Source of the DNA: a virus | UHGV virus genome: UHGV-1366976 | Strand: one strand, 5' to 3' | Length of the DNA: 64,000 bases | Shown here: piece after piece, positions 30,701 through 42,300 of the stretch | Layout of the letters: each line of letters starts with the position of its first letter | Position numbering within the stretch: the stretch's first letter is position 1 | Program-made: the position numbers and the translations under genes | Notes under the pieces: model-generated | The model's input: only the letters and a program-made list of their open reading frames with translations | The model's database searches: none | Told to the model about the DNA's origin: nothing

Positions 30701-31483
30701 TTAACAGGTCCAAGATTTGATCCTTATCAATTAGAAGCTGACTTAGAAGGCAATGCTATTGCTCATGAAAATGAAGTTAATTTTGATCCAACTTCTGATT
30801 TTGAATTAACACCAGAAGAATTAGCCACATTAAGTCCTGAAGATTATCAAGCTTATAAGAGACATGAAAGAGCTATGAAACTACAAGGATTAGGTTCATT
30901 ACTACAATATGCTCCAGTATTAGGTAATTTAATTGGAGCTGCAACAGTAGGTAAAGCTGAAAGGGTTAATCCTACATATATTACACCAGAACAATTAAAT
31001 GATTATTTACAATATAATCCTATTGATCCAAATACATATACTAATCCTATATTAAATCAAGCTTCTAATGCTAGAAGATCTTTTGCTGATGCTAGTGGTG
31101 GTTCAAGAGCTGCTATATTAGCTGCTAATTTAGGTTTAAATGCTCAAACTCAAAAAGCAATTTCAGATGCTGCATTACAAGCAGAAGCTGTTAATGAACA
31201 AAGAAGAGTACAAGCTAAAGAATTTAATAGAGGAACTAACCAATTTAATGCTTCAGAGAGAGCTAGAGCTAAACAATATAATGCTTCAGCTAAAACTATG
31301 ACTGATGATATAAATGCTAGAAATAGAGCTGCTAGAAGAACTGCTATTAGAAATTATTTATCTGGAGCTATGCAAGGATTAGGAAGTATAGGTAGAGAAA
31401 AAGCTTATAGGAATACTATTAAAACTATGGGTATGGATTATTATTTAGATGCTCTAGGACAAGCGAAATATAAAAAATCATAA
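27749..31483 (+). CDS. giant virion protein 2 (1244 aa) with a possible N-terminal lysozyme or transglycosylase-like segment and a glycine-zipper hydrophobic segment (T7 gp16-like internal or ejection protein?)
   Basis: LSHQETAKGG...GLYSFEEG is loosely SLT-like. GSSVGAGAGLGATVGSIVPGIGTVVGGAVGAVGGAIAGGI is a glycine-zipper membrane segment. There are acidic low-complexity linkers. The start overlaps the previous stop (ATAATGA). Confidence 0.6.
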   Translation: MNNEELRDILIKRLRDKIKDKDSPYNNLKIKEMIQRLYNPDFVNKLSDYKSLITGKNFSVDKVEHNILGDLKNEKSTLMFKEEDADNAKAFYEALKDKYSKKQIAALMALSHQETAKGGNKYVKGKVWDPNKIQEGSEGGVVNRGLYSFEEGVGDFSNTPSNEKPTSYWYQDWLKDEGKNYKNPILAQTDFYVNKYLTRIEDKKKYKEIFDNPNSSVAEITKALHDAQSSKSSNAELMQNKAEFLYNIFPTDTELELQNKGWNMPQTNIYKDGGGLSRSKDYGSSKKPYPKVKSSDFAGKHRSYPIPTKADARDALRLAGLHGRSDIKAKVYKKYPSLKHANGGELLGLDYYTNQLYDGGPLESPMVSRSIINPNLTVQAPETLTQQGVNPIISKQGFSLGSIDPVSTVSNISTLFSSPKITSQGENQQADVDEENNFDPTYIDVSKVKKDFDTKQAIGSSVGAGAGLGATVGSIVPGIGTVVGGAVGAVGGAIAGGIKSIFGKKKAKRKEKRAKNKARGLNTMATLESYMGKAYGFADGGNINNLMGRKYFAEGGLTSFNTGGSHEESPIGGIPQGIGDNGNINLVEEGETRYQDYIFSDRLTLDEDIVKELNLPSNLIGKTFAEASEILAKDIEEHPNDPISKRGFEEMMIRLQAANNMKKDLEDSNTFAEGGSLNGEPMEPSPSIKEVEGEDENLGNELKEVTDEQVKRIAASNIKEEKLKGGRASKEVRENATKLFDPLEISVGIKVEMEHTDSIEAAREIALDHLTENKNYYTRLYHIGLIDEPITEEEENFLKEKWARIEEIEDLDEEDDIVDMPEEEDVSNELEQPLNQEMPIEPQQFAKGGDLFGPNRNGAYFRNGRWYLNSDPRLSNKTNIRMDNPNRGNYWKTDPIYPIPPERQLFKVPDIKGGWNGILSDNTKPYGDTFNPPFIKGGEDEKTTVEPIKTNTSTTKKTSIPSIDTEEEFDRMMDRKYNFGDLTGLTGPRFDPYQLEADLEGNAIAHENEVNFDPTSDFELTPEELATLSPEDYQAYKRHERAMKLQGLGSLLQYAPVLGNLIGAATVGKAERVNPTYITPEQLNDYLQYNPIDPNTYTNPILNQASNARRSFADASGGSRAAILAANLGLNAQTQKAISDAALQAEAVNEQRRVQAKEFNRGTNQFNASERARAKQYNASAKTMTDDINARNRAARRTAIRNYLSGAMQGLGSIGREKAYRNTIKTMGMDYYLDALGQAKYKKS

Positions 31484-31486
31484 AAA

Positions 31487-31518
31487 TTTGGAATAACTTT
31501 AATAATTTAGTATCTTTG
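31487..31518 (+). promoter_or_regulatory. Bacteroidetes-type promoter: TTTG (31487-31490), 20-nt spacer, TATCTTTG (31511-31518)
   Basis: An exact consensus lies in the 102-nt gap upstream of the 598-aa gene. Confidence 0.6.
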
Positions 31519-31523
31519 TGATC

Positions 31524-31564
31524 TGTTGCATTTAGATTATATATGTATACAACTAAGTGCAACA
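31524..31564. promoter_or_regulatory. 12-nt inverted repeat TGTTGCATTTAG...CTAAGTGCAACA with a 17-nt spacer, immediately downstream of the promoter -7 box
   Basis: It is a near-perfect palindrome (11 of 12) that overlaps the predicted transcription start and 5' UTR. It could be an operator or an RNA hairpin. Confidence 0.3.
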
Positions 31565-31585
31565 CTTCACACTAAAATATAAACT

Positions 31586-33382
31586 ATGGCAGTTAACTAC
31601 TATGATCAATTTCAACCATTGACATATAATCCAATGACTCTACAAGAAATGCTTATAGGACCACAAATGATGCAACAAAAACATGATCAATATCAAGCTT
31701 TATTAGATCAAGAAGGCCTATTTGATGTTCCAGCATTAGAAGTAGATAAACCTGGAGTACAACAATGGATGGATAAATATAAAGAAAATATTAATGATCT
31801 ATCTGACCAACTATTAAGATCTGGTTATAATAAAGATCTTTCTAGAAGAGCTAGACAGATATTACAAGAAAAACAACAAGCTATCTCTAGTAGAGGATAT
31901 TTAGGAAGAGCTAATCAAGCATATCAACAATATTTAAAGAATATTGAAGATGAAAAGAAAAGATTAGAAAAAGGAGAAATTAATAGAGATCAATATGAAA
32001 GAGGATTAGCATTTGCTTTACAAAGATATAATCAATCTGGTGGAGCTAGTTCTAATGCAACCTATACTCCTTGGGCTTCTACTAAAGCTGTAGATTTACA
32101 AGAGCTTGTTAGTAAATATGGAAAAGAAATTACTCCTCAAACTATTGCTAGAGATTTGGGATATAAATATGATCCTTCAACAGGTATTATAGCAGATTCT
32201 TCTAATAAGACTGTAACTATATCTCCAGAGAGAATTAAAAATACTATAATTAGTAGAATAATGAGTAATCCTGAAGCAATGTCTTATTTAAAAGAAAGAC
32301 AACAATTAGGATTAACTAATAATATCATGGAAGATCTAGATAAGCTAGGTAATGAAGGAGCTTTAACTTTCTATAGAAATGATGTTGAAAATAAAACCAA
32401 TTATGATTTTGGATTATTTAAGAAATATCAAGAAGGAATATTTAATGATGCAGAAATAAGTAAAGATGCTATTGCTGAAATTATTTCTTTAGATAATATG
32501 CCTATTGAAAATCTTGCTGAGATTGCAAAAGTAGGTAAACCTAAATTTTCATCTTCAGGAGATGTGTCTTATTTTGATGCAGTTACTAATAGTAGTAATT
32601 TCTCATTAGGAGAACCTGGTAAACCAGTTCCATTTGGAATAGCTACTGATAATAATAAAATTATCAATTTAGAAGAATCTAATAAGATCAGAGCTCATGC
32701 TAATGAACAATTAGATAAAGATTTTAGTTACTGGCAACAGATAGATCCTAGTGTGACTAGAGATGATATTATAGAATGGGAAGATAAATGGGCTAAAAAT
32801 AATAAAGCTACATTAGCATTTAATTTTGTACCATCAGCTAAATATGAAGAAAAATATTCACAAGATATAGATAAAATTAAAAATGGTTCTTTCCCTAATT
32901 CTATTAAAGATTGGGCTATTGAAGGACAAAAATTAGAAGATGGAGATGATTGGATAGATGCTATTGAATATGATCCTAAAGATAATAAAGTGGTAGCAGT
33001 ATCAACTGGATGGTCAGGTAATGGTTATATGTTGGCAGAAATTACTATGCAAAATGGAAAAACTATTAGAGCTGTAAGAAAACCTCAAGAGTCTGATAAA
33101 GCTAAATTTGTAATAGCTGATTCTATATTTAATCATTATTATGATAATAATAGGGGTACTAGTAAATTTATAAATCCTGAAACAGGAGCTCCTATTATTA
33201 TGAATAAATTTATCACTCCTGATGGATTAAAAGCTACAGTAACTTTACAAAAACCTGTATATAATAATAAAGGACAATTAATGAGATATGAAAATGATCC
33301 TTCTTATACCAATATTAGTTATAATGATATAATGCAAAGATTAACCCCATTTGTTTTAAAAGATAAATATGTTAATAAATAG
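31586..33382 (+). CDS. virion protein (598 aa), unknown function
   Basis: ORF with its own promoter. It overlaps the giant ORF by 14 nt. Confidence 0.6.
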   Translation: MAVNYYDQFQPLTYNPMTLQEMLIGPQMMQQKHDQYQALLDQEGLFDVPALEVDKPGVQQWMDKYKENINDLSDQLLRSGYNKDLSRRARQILQEKQQAISSRGYLGRANQAYQQYLKNIEDEKKRLEKGEINRDQYERGLAFALQRYNQSGGASSNATYTPWASTKAVDLQELVSKYGKEITPQTIARDLGYKYDPSTGIIADSSNKTVTISPERIKNTIISRIMSNPEAMSYLKERQQLGLTNNIMEDLDKLGNEGALTFYRNDVENKTNYDFGLFKKYQEGIFNDAEISKDAIAEIISLDNMPIENLAEIAKVGKPKFSSSGDVSYFDAVTNSSNFSLGEPGKPVPFGIATDNNKIINLEESNKIRAHANEQLDKDFSYWQQIDPSVTRDDIIEWEDKWAKNNKATLAFNFVPSAKYEEKYSQDIDKIKNGSFPNSIKDWAIEGQKLEDGDDWIDAIEYDPKDNKVVAVSTGWSGNGYMLAEITMQNGKTIRAVRKPQESDKAKFVIADSIFNHYYDNNRGTSKFINPETGAPIIMNKFITPDGLKATVTLQKPVYNNKGQLMRYENDPSYTNISYNDIMQRLTPFVLKDKYVNK

Positions 33383-36300
33383 TCAAAACCAAGAGAATCT
33401 TATTGATAATGAGATTCCAGATTTAACCAACAGTATCAAGGTAGATAAAACAGGAAAGAGATATATAGATGATCCAAACTCTCCTAGTGGTAGAACATAT
33501 CTATATGACAGTCCTATATCTAACTATGATATAATAAAAAAAGCTGCTGAAGAAAATATTCTTCCCAAAGAATGGCTTCAAAATAGTCCTATACATTATA
33601 ATGTAGCTGATGGATATGATACAAATATGGATTATGAATCTTTAATTAATCCAGAGTTAAGAGAAGATTATTTTGCTAAGCAACAGTCATTATTAGGATT
33701 AATAGGTAAAGGAGCTGTTAGAGGAGTATCTGCAATCACTGCAGGTACTCTAGAATCATTAGGATATTTAGTTAATCCTAATACATATAGAGCTTTATTT
33801 GGAGAAGAAATTGTAGGAGATTTTGAAAACCAATTTTCTAAAATATTTAGAGAATTAAAGGAATCTATGAATGATCTTACTGATCCTATTTATAGAACTA
33901 TGCAATCTAAATCTGATAGTTTATGGGAAGCTATGTTTGATGCTACTTTCTGGGCAGGAAATGCTGAAAGTGTTGTTACAACATTATCTCTTATGTTTCC
34001 AGGTATAGCTGCTGCTAAAGGATTTAGTACTGTAGGAAAAGGATTAGGAAAACTAGGAATGAGACTTGGTGCTACAGCTAAAGGGGCAGCTAGAACAGCT
34101 AGAATTACAGCTAATGTAGGTGCAGGTCTCACTAGTAGAATTATGGAATCTAGTATGGAAGCTAAAGAGGCTTATGATAGTTTTATTGAAGCTCATAAAC
34201 TAGATGATAAATATGTTAATGATGAGGCACAATTAAGATTAGATGCAGGTAAAGCTGCTTCTACTACTATGTTAGCTAATATGCCTTTATTTTTAATAGA
34301 TGCTTTTCAATTTGACAGTATTTTAAGTGGATTTGCTTCATTTAAAAATGCTAATTCTAGATTAAAAAGAATTGCTAATAGTCTATCAGATTATGGTATA
34401 AATGCTGTATCTGAAGGATTAGAAGAAGGTACTCAATATATTATTCAAAAAGAAGCTGAGTTTAGTGCTTTAAGTGATCCTGAATTAAAGAAAATGTTAG
34501 GTGAATCATTTTCTGAGAGATGGGATAAGTACACTGATGATATAGAATTCAAAACTTCTATTTTATTAGGAGCTGCTGGTGGAGGTTTATTTAGAGCTGC
34601 AGGACCTACTTTAAATAAAATATACACAAAAGCATTAGATAGATTAAATAGATATAGAACAGCTAAAGAAATAGCTACTGTTCAAAAAAATCCAGAAGCT
34701 TTTAAAATTTTATCTCAACATGAATTTGAAGAGCAATTAGGAAAACATGTAAAAGCTGACAGTCTAGATCAACTAATTCAAATGTATGAAGATAGAGTAG
34801 GTACATTAGAAGGAGAAGATCAAGTAACAGCTAATAATTATTTAGAAACATTAAAAGCAATAAAGCCTACTATTGATAGTCTTCAAAAATATCCTGCTTT
34901 TAGAAAAAATAAAAAAGCAACTACATTATATGCTTTAGTTGAACAAGAAGGTATTAAACAACAAGCATTAGATCAAACTCTTAATAATGAATTAAATACT
35001 GCTGTTCAATCTATTATAGAAGGAAAAGAAGATGCTTCTAGTATTGTGCTAGCTTTAAGGAATAGAGCAGCTCAAGAAGTACTAAAAAATATAGATACTA
35101 TAAGTAGAGTTAAAGATTTAGGAGAAAGTAATTTTAAAAATCATTATAAAAAACATATAGCAGATAATAAACAACTTATTCTTCAAAAGAATAATTTATC
35201 TAATATTATAGCTAGAAATCCTAAATTAGAAGATATAGCTTATAATTTAGAAAAGAATTTTGCTGAAAGAATGATTTCTATAGATCTTCTTACAGAAATG
35301 CAAAATCTTAAAACAGAATCTGAAGAAACTACTAAAGAAAAATCTTCTCCAAAATCTAAAGAGAAAGTCTCAGAACAAACTACTAAGACTAGTGAAGAAA
35401 AAACTGAAGAGAAAGTTAATAAGAAAAAACCTAAATCTTCAGAATCTCCTGAACAAGATGTAGATTCTAAAGCATCTAATGATGAAGGTTTAGATTATAG
35501 TGATACAGAATCTGGAAATATATCAGAAACAACTGAATTTGACATAGATGATTCTATTACTGCTACAATGAATGAAGAATTATTTGGTCCTATTCAACAA
35601 GATTCAAATGATACTATTACTGATAAAAGTAGGAGTAAAGATGAAGTAGTTAATGATATAGTAGAATCTATTAATAGTGCTTCTAATCTAAATGATTATT
35701 TAGCTACTAGAGAAGAAGCTAAAAAATCTGCAGAAACAAGTGCTTTATCTAAAGAAGCTTTTAATAAAATATATGAATCTGAGGATGATCTTTTAAGAGA
35801 TTTTAATTTAGATAATCCTACAGAATCACAAGCTAATGCTCTTGCTGCTAGATTCTTTGATATTACAGAAGAACCAGTTGCAGCAGAACTTATTAAAGAA
35901 GCTTTAATGAATAAAACTCTTATAAATGAACAACTATTAGGAGAAGAAGAGTTTATAGCTTATAATGAAGTTTTAGATTATATAAAAGGATTACAAGAAT
36001 CTAAACAATATGGAGATGTTACTCCTTCACAAGATATTCCTGATAATATTCCAGTACAAGAAGATAATAGTCAACAATCTGATAATGTAGAAACTGAATA
36101 TAATCAGAATGATCCTTTAAGATTAGTATCTTTTAAATATAGTTATGATAAATATACAGATTCTCAAGGTAATCAAAGAATAAAAACTATTCCTCAGAAT
36201 AGAATGGATTCTATAAAATACAATTCTTATATTAGTTTTGATGAAACTATTAAACCTGAAGTGGCTAATGTAGGATCTAAAGTTTTCTTTGGTATTCCTG

Positions 36301-39300
36301 AAGAATTTCTTCAATATCAACATAGTGTAGATGATGCTGATATTTTAATATATGATGAAAATAATAATGGTATTAGTTGGTTAAGAAGAGAGAAAAAAGC
36401 TAGAGAATGGAAAGCTACAGATCAAGAAATACATATACTTAAACAACAAAGAGCATTGTTATATAATAAAGCTGTTAGCTATCAAGGAGAACCTGTATTA
36501 ATTAATGGTAAAAGAGTTATTCCTTGTAATGTATCTTCTTTTATAACTAGTAAATCTTATGGTATAATTACACATGATGGAGATAATTATTATTCAATTA
36601 AAGAAGCTTTACAAGTAGATAATGTTGAAGATATTAAGTTAGGTATAGTTGTAGGAAAAGAAACTAATGGATATACTTTTAATATTCCTGGTGTTGATAT
36701 GAATAATTTTCATACACCACCTGCTGATAACTTTAGAACAGGTCATTTATTTGCTATGGTACAAAGTGCTAATGGAGATTATTTTCCATTAAGACTTTAC
36801 ACTCAAAAATATAATACTTTACAACAAGGTTCAGCTTTACATAATTATTATAGAACTAATATTAATAATGCTTTTAAAAAGATATTAGATTCAGATCCTG
36901 AAGTTTCTAGTAAAGGATCTTATGAACTATCTAAATATGTTGTTATTAGATTAGTAAAAAATAATAGTGCAGATCTTCCTTTTATGGTTCAAAAATATAA
37001 TGGATCTGAATATGAAGATGTTGAAGCTGTTTCTAGAGAAGAAGCTATTAATAGAGTAAAAGAATCTTTAATCAACATTCCTTATAATCTTTTAAATAAA
37101 TCTGGAAATAAAATAATGAATGAATTATTAAATTCAGATGCATTACAAATGAATATATTTCCAGGTGAACCATTTCATTCTCCAACATTTGGATATGATA
37201 GAAATTTAGTAGATCTTAATCCAGTAAAAGAAACTATATCTGAAGTTAAAGAACCTACTAAAGAAACTAAAATAGAAGAACCTAAACCAAAAGAAAAAAT
37301 TACAGATCCTGTAGAACAATCTTTTGAACAAACTTTAACTGTAGATGCAATAAAAGAATTACCTAATTCTCCTAAAAAAAGAGGTCCCTTATCTGGTCCT
37401 AATAATAAATTAGCTAATAAGTTAAAAGGTAAAAACTTTATTAAACCTGACTTATCTAGAAAAGCTGAATGGGGAAAAGATGATGACAAATACAGATTAA
37501 TGTCTGAACCTTTAAACTATGAAAAAGCTGATTTAAACAAAGAATTATCTTGGTTAAAAGAAAATTTACCTCAATTAACAGACAATGAATTAGTTGAGAT
37601 TCACAGAGGTCTAATTAATGTAGGTAATTTATATGCTTGGGGAAGATTTAAAGATGGAATTATAGAACTATCAGATATAGCTGCTAGTGGAACTACATAC
37701 CATGAAGCTTTTCATGCTGTATTTAATATGTTTTTAACAGAATCAGAAACTAATAAATTATTAGAGAAAGCCAGAAAAGAACTTGGTTTAACTGGTAAAT
37801 CTGATGTAGCTGTAGAAGAAACTCTAGCAGATAAATTTAGAGATTATGTAGAAACAGATCAAATTACTAATAAATCTATCTTAGATAGAATTAGTGATTT
37901 CTTTAAAAATATATATTACTTAATTAAAAATAAATTACATCTTAATCCTTCTATAGAACAAGTATTTTATGATATTAATAGAGGAAGATATTCTAAGAAA
38001 AAATTTGAAAAGAATAGGCCTTTAGTAGAGAGAAACTGGTTATCTAATATCACTCCTTCTGTTTATAAGAGAAGAGTAGATATGCTAGTAGATACTTTTG
38101 AAGATATTATAGATAATTTAGCTCAAGAATCTCCTGAATTAAGTAGAGTTGATGTTATTAAACAATATTCTTTAGAAGATTATATTCTAACCATACATGA
38201 TCAATTATATGCTTCTGCACATGGAAATAATGCTGTTTATACAGATCCTACTCAAATAGATGCTATTGATTTAATTACAGATGAACTTGTTCAATTTGAT
38301 GCTGATGGAAATCCTCAATTTGGTCAATTAGCATTAGATATGTTAAAAGAAATATCTGCATTAGAAGGTATTACTTTTAAAGCTCAACAAATTGTTGATA
38401 TGGATATGAATCAACAAGATGAGAACACTGAGTTCATGAATAATGAAGAAGTTGTTAAACAAGAAGGATGGCAAATAGATCAAATGTTAATATCTCCAGT
38501 AACTAAATTAAGACAAAGCACTAGGAATATTATTAGAAGAATTCCTAAAATGACTTCTGATGGTACTTTGGTATCTCCTGATGATTTAGGATATCAACCT
38601 TATATGAGTGGTACAGAAGTTTTTGCCACTATGTTAAATAAACTATCTACAATGAATAAACCTAGTGATTTAATGAAGACTTTAGAATCTTTAAGTCAAA
38701 GTTTTCCTTGGGTAGATTCTATTATAGATATTTTAAAATCAGATCCTAAATTACAAGTAGATTTCTACAACTCATTTAGAAATGATTCTGTAGAATATAT
38801 GATTATTAGCTCTCAAAGTGATGGTACTATGAGAGTATTTGGAGGTAATAGTGTCAATAAAGCAGGAGAATTATTAAGGATATGGAGTTCTAATTATTCT
38901 TTAGCTAGTCATAATAAAGAAGAGCTTGTAAAGTCTTTAAAGGAAAATTCAGATAAAATATATAAAATATATCAAGAAGTATCAGGTAATCCATTTAGAC
39001 TTCATAAAGTTAGACTTTGGAAAAAGAATTGGAAATCTGGTAAATTTAATAATCCACAAATCAATGCATGGGCTAGAGAAGTTTCTGGTATGTTGAATAC
39101 TATAGGAATAGATAGTAAACCATCAGAACTAGTAAAAGTTTTTCAATCTAATATGAGATTAAATGATGATAATTCTAACTTTCAGCCAATGCAAGATTTC
39201 TTATTGAATTCATTTAGAGTGTTGAGAGCTTTTCATGATACCATAAATAAAGATGATTATGATATAAGAAGAAATACTTATTATGATCTTGAATTATTAC

Positions 39301-42300
39301 CTGTTAATGTTAGAATAAAAGCATTAAGTAAAGCTTTATCTAATGTTAGACCATCATTATATGAATCTTCTTTAAGAGAAGATGGAAAGACATATTCTAC
39401 AAATATTACTCCATCTTTTATAGGTAAATTGTTTAAAAGACTTACAGATGTAGAAGATAAAAGTGCATTTGAACCTTTTAAGAAAAGTTTCTTTTATACT
39501 AGTAATGAAGGTAAATTTACACATCCTTGGCTAAAAGAACTTTATAATATAAAAACTAAAGATCTTGCTAGTGAGATTCAAGTGTCTATGTTTCTAGAAA
39601 AAGATAAAACTAGATATTCTGAATTAAGTAAACCTGATTTCTTAGGATCTAAAATTAATCTATGGTATAATAATGGAGCTAGAGATTATGGTTACTTTAT
39701 GTTGCCTATTCCATCAGATGCTTCTTCTATGCCAGTAATTAGATTTCCTAAATCTTATGATTTAAGTCATTCTTTAGATGGTTTAGTGGAATTAGCTAAA
39801 GCTGAAATTAGAAGAATTGAAGTAGTTAAAGAAAGATCTAAAAAAATAAAAAATGGAGAGATCTATGAAATCAAGAATTTTGATAAAAGAGGATCTAAAT
39901 TTTTAATGTTTCCTTTCTTAAATAAATATAATATTGATGAACTTAAAACTTCTGAAGCAACTTTAAGAAAATATATTGAAGAAGCCATGGAAGAAGGATT
40001 TGAGAAATTTAAATCTAATCCTGATTTAGATGGCACTAAATATGATAAGAGAATAACTGAAAGTAAATTAAAAGAATTCTATTATAATGATACTTTAGCT
40101 CAATATAGTATTATGACTATGACATCTGGAGATTTAGCCTATTATAAAAATGATGTGGACTTCTTTAAAAGAAATAAACAAAATATGTCTCCAGGTCAAT
40201 ATGGTGATTGGGAAACTTTAGGAATACCAGAAAAATTTAAAGCTATTAGAATGAAAGATAATGAGATTCCTTCATTAGTAGCTGATGCTTATTATGAAAA
40301 TCTTAAATTAAATGGTGTATCAACAACAGAAGCTATGATTATTGCTTCTAAATTTGGTTATTCTAATTATACAGACTCAGAAGGAAATAAGAAAGTAAAA
40401 TTACCTAATGGTCAAATTATTGATAGTGGTTTAAATAATGCTACAGATGGACAAACATTTATCACATTAGATAGATATAGAAATATTGCTAGAATGAATT
40501 CTAAATGGGATGATGCTAAAGAATCATCTTATCAAAGACTAAAAAATGGTACTTATAATGTAGAAGATATTTTAACATTCTCTTTACAACCTATTAAACC
40601 ATATATGTTTGCTCCTCATATTACAGATTCTGGAGTAGATATAAATGGTAAAAACACTTCTTTATATCAACCACTACAAAATAAAAACTCTGAAGCAGTA
40701 TTAATTCCTCAAATGGTGCAAAATAGTCCTTTATTAAGTGCTCTAGTTAAAGGAATGGAAGATAATGGTATAGATGCTGTTTATTTTGAATCTGCTGTAA
40801 AAGAAGGTATTGAACTAAATACTTCTCAAGAACTTAAAGATAAACTTAGAAAACAAGGTAAACCAATTCTTCCAGATGCTGTATTACATTTTAATGGTGA
40901 TCCCAGAGAATTATCTGAAACTAATGTTAAATATTATTATTTAAGTAATGATGATTACATGTATCAGATGGATACACCAGAACACTTTAGAGATACACTA
41001 CAGCTATTTGGATCTCAAATTAGAAAACATATTATTGCTAACTTAGATGAAGATGCTGAATTTTATATTGAAGATATGAAATTTACTGGCAAGAATATTG
41101 CTTCTTTATTTGATGATATTTTAGCATGGAATTATGATAAAAATTATAAAAAAGTTATAGATAAAATTGGTACTATAGATGGATTAGCTAGAGAACTTCA
41201 AGGTGGAGTAATGCAAAGAAAATTTGCTGAAAATACTACAGAAGCTGTACAACTTATGAATTATAAAGGAGAAAAAGTATTTAAACTTCCTTTATATTTC
41301 CCTCTTCAATCTAATAGAATATTTCAAATGATATCTTCTATTTTTAGAAATAATATTATTAGAAATAAAGTTAGTGGAGGAGCTTTATATCAAGTATCTT
41401 CTTATGGTTTTGATAATTCTTTAAAAGTACATATGAAAGATGGACATATAGAATATGTTGATTGTATTATGCCTTATACTTATAGTAATCAACTAGCTCA
41501 ATTAGCAGATGAAAATGGCATGATAGATCCATCTAAAGTGGAAGATAAAGAATTATTAAAAGTAATATGTTATAGAATTCCTACTGAAGATAAATATTCA
41601 GCTGTTCCATTAAGAATTAAAGGATTTAGTTCTCCTGCAGAAGGAGGTATTATTAAATTGCCTTCTGATATTATTACTATTACTGGATCTGATTTTGATG
41701 TAGATAAGATGTATTTTCTATCTTATGCTGCCAAATATACTCCAGCTAGATATAATCTATCTAAGATAAGAACTTGGATGGCAAATAATGGATTATTATC
41801 AGACACTTTCTCATCAGGTAATTATCAAGAAGAGATGAATTATCTCAGTGATTTATTAGAAAAATATGATTCTGGAGAAAAACTAAGCACTGAAGAAACA
41901 GAAGCAATGATTGAGGTTTCTAAATTCTTAAAAGAACATCAAGATCTTATAATTCAAAAATCTAAATTAGAAAAAATAAAATATAATTATAAACAATTTC
42001 CTGAAAAACAATCTGTAGAAGCATCTAATAATGCTTTAATAGATATTATGTATAGTATTCTTACTTCTAGAGATGCATTTAAAACAATGGTGAGTGGAGC
42101 TAACACTTCTATGTTTGCTGATGTTATAAGCACTTTAGAGAAATTAGAAAAGAAAAAATCAGAAGGAGATAGATTATTTGATCCTAGTTTTTTAACAGAC
42201 ACTTATTATGAATATATGGCAGGAAAAGCATTAACTGGTGTATTTGCAGCTAATAGTGCTAATCATTCTATGTTACAATTTTATAATGTTAATCTTAATA

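Noticed and set aside
35300-35560. possible nucleotide-level tandem repeat in the Lys/Glu/Ser-rich linker of the 3598-aa ORF
   Set aside because: The amino-acid composition is biased, but no exact periodic DNA repeat is visible. It is treated as a low-complexity linker, not a repeat array.
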